DNA of 64,000 nucleotides, from the NCBI GenBank assembly GCA_964035545.1, contig OZ037768.1, positions 2,388,741-2,452,740 of the forward strand. Direction: 5' to 3'. Origin of the DNA: Bugula neritina. Lineage: Eukaryota; Animalia; Bryozoa. A model generated the notes under the pieces. That model made no database searches. It was given only the letters and a program-made list of their open reading frames with translations, and had not been told where the DNA came from. The position numbers and the translations under genes are program-made. This document shows positions 1 to 21,200 of the stretch, piece after piece (position 1 is the stretch's first letter; each line of letters begins with the position of its first letter).

Positions 1-699
1 TTGCTTTGCTTTGTACTGCTCACAATAGAGCCTGTGGCTATCATTGTATGTATTTGTTATCATTCCTCTCATATTACTCTCAACTAGGATAGAATACCTA
101 GAATAATTTTTAAAACTCAAAGAAATGCATTAAAACTGAAGTAAAGATGAAGTTGCAACATTTGAGGTCTCAATAGGTTTTTAATTTGCTTAAATTTCAT
201 TTACAAGAATGTAAAAGGCTGCCGTACTAATTATTCATTGGTAGGAAACACTGGTTAATATAGTTGAAATTATTACCCAGTTTACATTAAAATTATTGAG
301 TAAATTTAAAAAATGATTACTACAAGACCAAATTTGTTACATGAAACCTTTAACGTGTAAACAGAGTAAATTCAGATATTGTAACAGTAGAATATTATAA
401 TACCTAAATTATTCACTAGCTTATATACAGATGTATATTACATAAGCAAAGATAATTACAACAGGAAACTACACTAGTAATATTTTTAGAAAAAAATTCA
501 TAAATTAATTTATGATTTTTATACAAAAAATATAATAAAATGTAATTAAAATACTCCATCAGTTTTAATAGCACTGGCAATTGAAACCTAAGAGATTAGA
601 GTCAAAGTAAAGAATATAGTAAATGTTGTTGCCATCAGTAACAGGCCCTACATAGGTGGTATCCATATAGAGGCATACACAGTGTTATAATGCATTGGT

Positions 700-10021
<9,322 letters not shown>

Positions 10022-10739
10022 CTTAGAACTATGCAAGAAATATTGACTAGAGAAACTGATAAAAATATGATGATGATCTTCATCTTGATATTGATAATGA
10101 TTATGAATACTATTAATATCATCATTATGATAATTGATGACTATAACTATAAGTATAATGATAATCATAATGATAATGGAATAGAAATTCAAATTAAATC
10201 GCCGTAATCATAATCATTTAAAATTAATAAAGTTATATGATAATCATAATTTCCTTTTAATTTTATGTTTTATTTTATGACTAAAAAAGAAATAACTTGT
10301 TCAGAATCAGATTTCAGCGAAACCAAAATAAAAATAAATTAAAACTATTGATTTTGAAAAATATATTTATTAAATTTAAACATTAAATTTAATGATTTAT
10401 CATTTATTTTTAATCATTAGATTAATTTTAAACTCAATATGAACATCAAATTCAACATGAATATATTCATAATAATTATTATAATTATTATATTTATAAT
10501 AATTCAAATTATTAGTATTACAAATTTCAATTTCAATTTGCATTTAAATTATTATAATAATATTAATATCTAATAATAATTATAATAATAATATACTTGG
10601 TCTCATACTTTAACTTATAGATTTAGTTATACTAATAATACTTATCGACTATCACTTTGTCGATAGTTAATACTATAGACATAAAGTTAAACTACAAGTA
10701 CAAGCTCAAAGTGAAAGTATAATGAATAATGTGCTCACG

Positions 10740-11100
10740 CTGATTTTGCTTATATTGATCTCCCACATTTATCTTTCAATCCATAAGTCATTAATTCTCT
10801 AGAGCTCAATTTAAATATGTGTAAATACAACACTAAGCAAATGAACATTATATTTTGTAGACTATAGCCTTTAGGAGGAGTATTTAGTCGGGTTTTTTAA
10901 ACACCCGTTGTTTTGACTAATAAAGACTCGAGAAACCTAGTCTGGTATATTATAATATTGATTTCAGATTTTTCAACAAGTATAACTATTATCTGTCAGT
11001 AAACATAGCCAGGTCGATGTCTAGGGCTCTGCAAGGGCCTCTCTCGTTTACACATAAAGTATTGCAAGTAAAGTTTCAAAGTAAGAAAATATGTATAATG
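10740..11100. promoter_or_regulatory. Probable bidirectional promoter region between NSUN2 and the zinc-finger gene
   Basis: Head-to-head genes (ATGs at 10021 and 11930); candidate 5'-UTR donors at ~10738 (minus, GTGAGC) and ~11067/11080 (plus, GTAA); flanked on both sides by 6-nt-periodic tracts. Inferred, no transcript data. Confidence 0.5.
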
Positions 11101-11929
11101 ATTTGAATGAGTTTCAAATAACATCAAGTCTAAAAGTAAAAGTAAAGCTTAAAGTTAAACTAAAAGTAAAAGTAAAAGACAAAAATCAAATTCAAAATGA
11201 AAGTTGAATTGAAAAGAAAATTAAACTGTAAAGATAAAGTATAGCAATTTGTAAATGTATAAGTATTAGTATAAGTATAACAGTTATTAATATTAGTATT
11301 ACTATTAGTATTATTCGCATGCTTATATTTATACTTATAGTTAATGTTATTGAGTTATAGAGTGTACAGTTATACCTGTTATAGTTCTAAGTTTATAAAA
11401 TTTCATACTCATACTCATAGCCATTGTAAATTTGACTTGCCCTTGGTAGGCCCAAAACACCTACAGTGGCAGTAGTTTACTCTCTGTGTTAGCCTGGTAG
11501 TACTAATCATAGCTAGTAAAAGTCTGACTCGTACTGATTATTATTTGAGTAATCTGTAGTCATACCCATAGTCACGGTGATGGAGGTTGACGTCTAAACC
11601 TTATTTAATATTCATATGGGCTATATTTAGGAAGTATAGTATACTCAGCCTAAGTTTACAAGTAAGAGTTGCTGGATGTAAATAACTATCCTTTATGCTT
11701 ACTTTAAAAATGGCTCAACGTGTTTAAGAGCATCGATAACTTTTAGGTCAAACTTTTATTATCAATCAATCTTTCAAACAAATATGTATAATTATTAGGA
11801 GTTAGATTTTGATATGTGATAGCGACACTTGTAAATTAAGAAAGATTAGATGGTGAGATTATAGTCGCTTCACTAAATTGCAGCATTATATGAGGTGTGG
11901 AAGATGTAGTGAGGGAAGACATTATAGCA

Positions 11930-14900
11930 ATGGACACTCACGAATCCTCCCCGTTCTTGAATGAATTCTTGCTACAGGTCAGTGTGAGAATATTTAGTTA
12001 ATAGTTTAGTGAATGAAGTGTGTTTGTCTGAATGCTTAAAGGTTTTTTCAACCTAAAACTCTTTACATCACAGTTTGAAACTCCGAAATTTTATTTAGCA
12101 TAACATTTTTGTAAAAATTTCATCATACAATAAAATATAGAAAAACAGATTCATTCAAAAGTTACCTCTGAGACAGTATTAAAGCTTCGAGTATCTAGTT
12201 TCAAGTTGGAATTTACGCACCCAGTGCAACTCTAAGAAATGATCATATCATTGCAGGTGGATCTACTTTACACGGCTTTTCGAAACCTGCCGGTTGAAGA
12301 GTATGGCGTAGCCCTAGACCACTTACATTCTCTTCTGGAGCGCCTGGGTGTGTACATTGTCAATATCTGTTTGTGTAATAAATTCAGTGAACATGTAATA
12401 AACTAAGTTTACATGTAATAAACTAAGTGTACGTGTAGTAAACTCAGTGTACATGTAATAAATTCAGTGTACGTAATAAATTCAGTGTACGTGTGGTAAA
12501 CTTAGTGTACGTGCGGTAAACTCAGTGTAAGTCTAAAAGCTTCAGTGTACGTGTAATAAACTTAGTGTACGTGTAATACGCTGTGGAATCAATACCAGCT
12601 AATACAGTTAACAAGTCTACTACTGCTAATGGCAACTATTTTACTCAATTTACCAAAAGCGAAACAGTCTGCAAAACTCCTGGCCACTTGGTATTGATTT
12701 TTTGTTACACTACAACTAATAAAGGTTGGCTTATGTCAACACCAATATGCTAAAAGTTCATTGAGCTCAAGTGGTATGCAGGGAGACAACGTTACATAAT
12801 AGCAAGATGTGCCTCTTTACATGACCTCTATTCAGCCTTGCTATTTTTTATAGAGTATCACTGTGAAGGGAGCTCTGAAGCTACAGATAGTACAGACTTA
12901 CCTAGTAGCACTAGAAGTCAAACTGACAAGTAAGTCCTAACTGTGGGGTATAATAAGCTTTGCTTACTTGGATAATGTCAAAGTATGATACAGATATATA
13001 CTATCTAATCTAATACTCTGCGCATACAATTTTATAGTGGCTGTTCGACTAAAACGAGGCGACGTAAAATTGCGAGACCCCGGAGGTCTAGTGAGATTTA
13101 TGATGCCGGTGAGGGAGATGAAGAGCTGGAAAAGTCAGCAGAATGTAAACTGGGCAGCAGCAGGAAAGTTGCAATAGTTCCCAATCCAGATGGTACGAGC
13201 AAGTAATGCTTGTTGTAGTCATCAATTTACACAAACTTGAGCTTTGTTTTACGTCTTAAAACTATAGTTGAAGATAGGTCATGAGTTGTGGTATGTTTCC
13301 TTGATTTAGAGGTTACATAACTATTGCAACGAGTCATGCTTATAATTTTTTCTCTTTAGACAATCAAAATTTGTTTCACTTATCTGTTAAGTCACAGAAG
13401 TTGAATAAATTCGAAGAAAGGTATAAGCAAAGCAATTTCGACTTTAAAACCTTCACATAGTTTTCTGTGAAGTCACCCTACTAAGCTTTTCCTAGTTTTT
13501 CCATTTAAAACAAAATATATGACATGACCACATGTTTACCTGTAACACTCTCTCTACCTGCCTGTGTAGTATTCCCTCTATCTGATTATGTAACATTTGG
13601 CAGTCGGCTGTCAGGTGGTGACAGATTTCAAAGGTGATGAGAGGTTTCAGTGTGACCAATGTGAGCTCAAGTTCTCTTACTACGCTGCCTTACTGCGGCA
13701 TCTCGACGCTCGTCACAAGACCTTTGATGCCAATCAGAAAATCCAGGAGACCAACAAGAGAGCCGTCAGCTGTGGTAAATGTGGAGCCACTCTGAGCAGC
13801 AAGGGGGCGCTGCATGGTGCGTTGATTGCTTTAACATGTTTCTATTCTCTATTCTTCTATTTGCTTAGTTTTATATGTGCCGAAAGTTCTCAAGTGTCAC
13901 CTGCCAGCCAATGTTATGCCACACTAAACCAGCATCAGGAAAATATTTCAGCTGTTGCTTATGTGCTCCATATAGAGTCAGATTTTAGTAGCTATAAATG
14001 TTTGATTTACTCTAAAGCTGTTATAGTTGAGCAGTTACTTCTCTGTTTTAAAAAGATGTTTTCCATTTGCCCATAAATTGTCTACCCTGAAATAAAGCTC
14101 AACAAAGCACTCAATGAGTTGAACATACTATACAGGCAATTGTATACTGTCTATACAAATATAGCCTTCTAGTCTATAACATGTGAACTCACAGTGATGG
14201 TGGGTTTATAGCTGCACCACTGTTTTGTAGCGCACATGCATATGCATTCAGGCAAACAGCCATTCACCTGTGATGTTTGCAACAAGAAATTCTCACTCAA
14301 ATCAAACTTGCTGAGACACAAGAAGATCCATGAGGGACTCAAACCCTACCAGTGTGATATCTGTCATAAGCGGTTCACGGAGAAGAGGAGTGTGGAGGTA
14401 CACAGACGTATACACACAGGCGAGAGACCATACCGGTACGTCAAACCCATGTGGCCCGGCCTACGGTGCCATGTTGTATTGGCTCTTTATAGTCAGTGTG
14501 TATTGAACTCTACTGAGCTTATAGAAATGTTCCAATATAAGTATAATCATGGCTTATTGTGTGTTCTAGCAGGTGTTACGTTGTTACTAGCAACTTTCTG
14601 GATGTGCAATTTAAAGATATATGTTTAACTAAACAGTGTGTACTGTGTAGTCCACATGTAACTAAACATGTATTCTCATTACCTCTGTTGTATTCCTTAT
14701 TCATATGCAATGGATCTTCCCTTCAGATAATGGTATACTTTCTCTTCTCAGGTGTGACGTGTGTGGGATGAGATTCTCCCAGCTGGGGTCATGGATTAGT
14801 CACAGAGACACTCACAAGGGAGAGGGTAACTCCTCGTATAAATGTGACCTTTGTGACAAGTCTTTCTCTCAGCGGGTTGGACTTCACAATCACAGGAAAC

Positions 14901-16977
14901 GACATCACGAAGAGAATAAGAATCACAAGTGTTCTCAGTGCACGGTAGCTTTCTACAGCGCAGGTAACACATTACTATAGCGCAGGTACCACATTGCTAT
15001 AGCGCAGGTACCACATTGCTATAGCGCAGGTAACACATTGCTATAGCACAGGTACCACATTACTATAGCACAGGTACCACATTACTATAGCACAGGTAAC
15101 ACATTACTATAGTGCAGGTAACACATTACTATAGCGCAGGTAACACATTGCTATAGTGCAGGTAACACATTACTATAGCACAGGTACCACATTACTATAG
15201 CACAGGTAACACATTGCTATAGTGCAGGTAACACATTACTATAGCGCAGGTAACACATTACTATAGTGCAGGTAACACATTACTATAGCGCAGGTAACAC
15301 ATTGCTAGTACATAAACCCCTATCTATAGCACTATTGTATTTTTGATTTATATCCGAGTTTATTAATTTACCATAGCACATGTTTACAAAAAATATTCTG
15401 TACCTGTCTGGTTAAAAATAAATTAGTTAGCTTCATCTTTCAAGTAAGCTTTAAATTATAATTAAATCAATATCGCTGAACTGTTTGTGTAAATTTTGCT
15501 ATAATGTTTTACATTACGTTCCTAAAAAGTTGCTATTCGTAATATTTGCAAATTGGAAAGATATGATTTCAACAAGCACTTCCGTTCTCTTCTGCAGAAG
15601 AGCTACGTCTGCACGTGCTCACTCACACCGGACTCAAGCCGTATCTCTGCTCAGAGTGCGGAAAGTGTTTCTCTCGGCAGCAGACGCTGAAGAACCACAT
15701 GAGGCAGCACAGCTGGTGAGAACAGTCTGATCTTGTTTCCTGCAGCCTCGTATGTAATAACTGTTCGCTACTAGATGTCTGTATTTCCTGTATAATCTGG
15801 TCGGTTTGTTTCAGTGACGTGACGGTATATTCTTGTGACTGGTGTCCGGATGCTTTCACCTCGGCACACGCCTTGTCACGACATAAGATGTCACATAAGA
15901 GTGGTACTGATGCTGTGACGCCGGAGGCTGACGGGCTGGTGGATGATGTCATCAACGAAGAACTCGATGTCTTACCCAAAGAGATGTTAGCCGCTTATTG
16001 TGATGAGAATACTTCTTCTCAGGACATCTTAGAGGTGAGACATTATAGCTCTTAGTTCACTCTTAGTCCTGTTGTTCATTTATTTATTGTATTATGAAAT
16101 AGAGACTGCTTTTAGTTTAACTTGAAAGTTATAATAACAGTTATATTTGGGAGTTATTCTTTCATTACTCAACTATTGAGAGATGGGCCCATTTAATGAA
16201 GATAGAATAGATATTGTTGGAACACATCCGGTCAATAAATGTCAGAAAAACTGTTCAAAGAAAAGTTATATTGAACAAATATTTCAACTTGACCAATCAA
16301 GATTGTCAACTTAATTTTTTTAGCAACAAAATGTAGGTGCTTTTCTGTTTATGCTTCTGACCAATCAAATAGAGGTATTTATTAGCAGTATCTCATTGGT
16401 CTAGAATTAAACAAGTAACCAACCAGAATTGCCACACTATTTGGTGCTATCCTTGAGGGAATGTAACACCTGCCAATCAGTGAAACTCGCCTGCCTGATT
16501 GTGCAAGGTTGACGTGGCCATTTTTTCCATTATTAAATATTTGTTGCAACAATTTATTCAGTCCTTAAAGCTCGTTTTAAAACTAATATGCTATATATTA
16601 ATAGGGTGCTGCATTGTATATAATAATATGCTATATATTAATAGGGTGCTGCATTGTATATAATAATATGCTATATATTAATAGGGTGCTACATTGTATA
16701 TAATAATATGCTACATATTAATAAGGTTTTGTAAATCACTATTGCAGTAATTAAATCGACAGACCCTGTTTTATTGGACAGACAAAAGTAAATTTTTTTT
16801 TCTCGTATTCAAAATTAGCCTTATATTTTGTTAGATAAACCATGAGGTGAAAACTCCTTTTCTAGTATTCTGATTAGTAAAGTATTTTTGTATAGTATTT
16901 TTTCAGTCATACATGTCATAAGATGATGCATACATGTATATTATTTCCAGGCGATATCAAGGACACATATGTTCTGA
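11930..16977 (+). CDS. C2H2 zinc-finger protein, 9 fingers, ~454 aa, 10 coding exons
   Basis: Exons 11930-11977, 12257-12347, 12854-12929, 13038-13192, 13604-13816, 14231-14435, 14752-14963, 15598-15715, 15815-16034, 16951-16977 (1365 nt in frame). Fingers CDQC, CGKC, CDVC, CDIC, CDVC, CDLC, CSQC, CSEC, CDWC with HTGERPY/HTGLKPY linkers. First and last exons are less certain. Confidence 0.88.
12375..12580 (+). repeat. 20-nt minisatellite (AATAAACTCAGTGTACGTGT-like) just downstream of a donor
   Basis: About 10 degenerate copies visible. Confidence 0.85.
14953..15306 (+). repeat. 22-nt minisatellite containing the splice donor (CTATAGCGCAG|GTAACACATTA), 16 donor copies
   Basis: CAG|GTA recurs every 22 nt from 14964 to 15294. 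Confidence 0.95.
16585..16725 (+). repeat. 40-nt tandem repeat, ~3.5 copies
   Basis: AATATGCTATATATTAATAGGGTGCTGCATTGTATATAAT repeated. Confidence 0.85.
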
Positions 16978-18245
16978 TGCAGTGCAATTTTCAAGGCATT
17001 TCCCTGGCCAAGTGCTAAATTTTCATCAATTAGAAAAAAGTCTTCTATTAAAATGTGCCTATTATTTCATAAATACCTATTTTCAATGTTATTCGTAATT
17101 GTTCTATTATAGCACACTAGTTTTTAATTTAATTATTGTAAATTATCTTTTCACAATATATGTAGCTCAGGTGTTTTATTTTGCAATCGTCTATTGTATT
17201 TATTTTTACTCCCACATTGTGATCTCATTGTTGTGTTTTTTTCCCATTTTCATACACAATGTTGTTTTTGTAACTATATTTTTATTGTATTTTTTTATTT
17301 TCACTAGTGCCAGTGTATTTTTGTTTAATAAATTATCATACTGTTTACCAAGTACAGTAACACAAAGTATTGTTTATAGTGAGATCTGCAGTCATGGATA
17401 TAATACATTGTGTAAGTCATGATGACCATTGTGGGAGACTGTCAATATTATTAATGGCGAAAAACCTTCAATTTTAAATTAGCAAATCACAAACATCTTC
17501 CATTTAACTAAAATATAATTATATAATGCTGAATATCATGTACTGTAAAGTGAGTTTCTATAAAACAGATATCATCATCAAGAATTATTAACCGAATTGA
17601 AGATATAATTGAGAGTAATTAGATAAAGGATAAACTTATAAAAGAATTGATTATATTTATTACAACTATACTTGTGACCCAGATATAGTCAATGAGCCTT
17701 GGAAAGTGAAACAGAGAAATCACTATTGAATATGCAATATAAACACAATCATACAATATGTAAGTAACCAGTTGTTAAAACTGTTTCTTTTATCATTACA
17801 AATTTATTATTAAAAATATTTGTAGCAGTTTCAAAATATGGGCTTTCGTATAAATCATGTGAAAAAGTGTGGAATGCTAGAGTTGAAGCCTATGGACGGA
17901 ATATAAAAATAAGAACATAAGTCTTTTATCAGCTTGTGTTCAGCAACATAGAATAATCTAACAATTATTTTGTTTTTCCATACATCTGGAATTAAATTTG
18001 GATTTAAATTAAAAATCAATAAAATATAAATAATATTGTACAAACTTTGAAAAATAAACTAACTTTATTTTTAAAAACCTAACCCACATAATGCTAATCT
18101 GTCATGATGCAACCACCCATTGGTATATCGATAGCGAGTACCAACTACCACCTGCAAGCTAGTGTCACACAATGTCATGGCATATGTCAACATGATGTCT
18201 GTTAAATGGAAAAAGTCAAACAACTGAGTAATTATATATAAACCA

Positions 18246-21200
18246 TCAGTAGTTGAAGTAATCAGGGACCTCGTCATCTGTCCACAAGACTTTAGGCACA
18301 GTTTGCATCATCTTCTGAGCTGAACGTCTGTAAATAAATATTAAACAGTTTCTGATATTCTCCACGAATAAATAACTATTTTAATGGACTTTTAAAGATT
18401 GAATAAAAATAATTACAACATATAACAGCGTAAGACTTATTAGTGGTACATCAATAAAAGCTTAAGATTACTACTGTTTTCATAGCAATGCATAAATGAG
18501 TTATACTGCTTTTACTGACAATATCACACTATATTATACGATCTCACATTATATTATTATGCTATACCACACTATAGTGTGCCATATTATATATTTATAC
18601 TATATTTTACTATTTTATACTATATTAGTTATTAAATGTGTTATGCGCTTTAAAGACTTGAAATAAAAGTATTTCAAAAAAATTCTAGATTCAAAAGTTG
18701 ATAATATAACTAACTATAAAGGTTGCAAGCTATTAACTCAACAAGACTGTTTTCTAACATCACTGGATCAGTTAACTTACTTGGTTATTGCCTTGCAGTA
18801 AAGGACAGACACACTACGCAAGTTCTTGCATCCTTTTCTAAGATATCTCATTGCCTTGTCTCTAAAATGTGTTGGGTTGTGCAATAATAACTACTCAGTA
18901 AGACATTAAGTGTACACAACAAATATCACATTGGTATTGCATCACCACAAATAAGCTGACTAAATTTCCAAGTTGGCCAATTTTAAATGTAGAAAAATAT
19001 GAATTGGTTCATCTTGAATAAAATGAACGCCAGCTCAGCTGTTATCAACAAATGGCTACATATAGCTCTGGTATACTATAATAGGATGTACATATAGTAG
19101 AACAACAATCCTGATTCTAGAGGAAATATATGCAACTTTCTAGAAGCTCTGGGGCTTAGCATTGAGTGAAATAAAATTATTCACTTTTCAACACAGCTAG
19201 CTAAATGTCTACATTACAGATGTATTTCTAAAATGCAAAGATAAAAAATGTATTATGCTAGTTCACAACCAATTAACCAATCCAATGATTATATTGAGAA
19301 ATCTTTACTATTTATCCCAAAAGACAAAGTTAATTTATTTTTCATTCAAAACTCAGTTTGGCCTAATGTAAACATATATAACTAGACCTCTTGAAGATAA
19401 AACAACTCCTAGTGGAAGTGAGGGTGGATTAGTTTAGGTCAAGGACCAAGCGCTGCCAAATAGTATGTGCTGCCGCAAGTTGACATACTTACGTCAGCAA
19501 GATGCAGCCACTCATGTCCAGCTCCATAAGGTAGTGACATACACCAGAGAGGTACTGTACACTCTGGTCGGTTAACTATATAGTAATATAGTAATACAGT
19601 AATATACTAATATAGTAATACAGCCATGCAGTAAGTAATAGCGTAATTCAGTAAAGCAGTCTTACAATATAGTAATACAATGTCACAGTAATGCAGTAAT
19701 ATAGTAATACAATAATACAATAATACATTAACATTGTAATTGCAATAGATAATTTAAAAGAAAGAAGCTATGCAATACAAATAAACACTATATACAATAT
19801 AAATAACTAACATTTAAAAAATATTATACTAATAACTAAATGGTGTCTATTCAAACATCTTTCAACATAATACTTCAAGTAAAAAATTAAGTTTGCTTAA
19901 TTAAATTGCTCAAAATGAAAATTCTAGCATAAAAATTCTCACCAGTTTGCATCCAGCAAGGTCAAGGACGTTCAGCAGACGACAACAGAATGCCAGATTC
20001 TTGATGGCACCATCTGTTAGATTCTGAAATGATTGCTAATAAGTCATGCAAAATGCTTTCAATTTTTAAGAAATTGTTACATTCGGCATAACTATATCTG
20101 TCTAAAAGCACATTTGGTATTACGGATCACCACTTTTGGTATTACCACATCTAGTTTTACTACAGACAGCCTGATAATCACCCTGCATACCCACCTTACA
20201 ATGTGCCAAACTCAGCCTGTTTACATCTTTACATTGCTGAGCAAATTTCTGTAGCCCTAAATCGGTTATTTTGTGGCACTCGGCTAGGGTAACATCTTTG
20301 AATCTAGTATTGTTGCCAAGAGCAGACAACCCCTGGTCCCCGCAAGCACAACCAGAGATGTCTAGAGAAACGAGGCTATGAGTCTGTCCCAGCAGTTCTA
20401 TGCCAGCTTCACTGATGTGTTCACAGAAACACACACTGAGGTAGGCTAGGCTGTGACACCTACCAAAGATTATACATACTTTACAGGTCAGACTGTTCCT
20501 CTTTTTAAAGAGTATATATAAATATTGTAGAAACAATAGGTAAAGTAATAACTGCATGCACATTACAGGTTTTAACACAAAGTCTGTAGGCAATGCATTT
20601 CATGGGATGCAATAATTGTGCCAGAATACGACAATTACCAAAGAGTAGATAAATCCTATCATATAAAATTATAGTTACAGTAAATAGTGACATACATAAC
20701 AAGTAAATTTATTATTAAAGTTTGTTAAACTAAATAGAACAATAAAATATACCTAAACTAAGAGAGAAGACAATTCCCTGCTTACCTCTTGTGTATATTG
20801 ACCAAGGCAATGTCGCCCACTCGAATACAGTTTGTTATGTTGAGCTCTCGGAGTTTCGGCCCCGATGGTCCGTCAACTAAATACCTGACACCTGTGTCGG
20901 TTATCCTACAAGTTATGAGAAAGAAAATAGTCGGTACTGTGATGTTTACTGTCTCGGGCAAAGCAAGTTGATCATGTACAAATTGCTCTTTAGTCTGACA
21001 GCTTAGCAGACATTATTTAAACCATATTTCTCCATTTTGAAAATAATTAGTCAACAAAAGATAGGAGTTGTTAAAAGCTTTTACTCATTTTCTCTGCACG
21101 TGAAGCATTATGTAGCTGATTTAGTTACAATATTAGTATGACTCAAAGATGATTGGCCATCACTGCCTTATCCCCCACCCCCCTTCACCTGATTCACTCA

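Noticed and set aside
14953-15306. CRISPR-like appearance of regular repeats (also 21772-22125)
   Set aside because: Head-to-tail tandem units with no unique spacers, eukaryotic intron context, no cas genes.
17099-17422. 107-aa hydrophobic ORF
   Set aside because: T-rich 3' UTR of the zinc-finger gene with a TTG start; compositional artefact.
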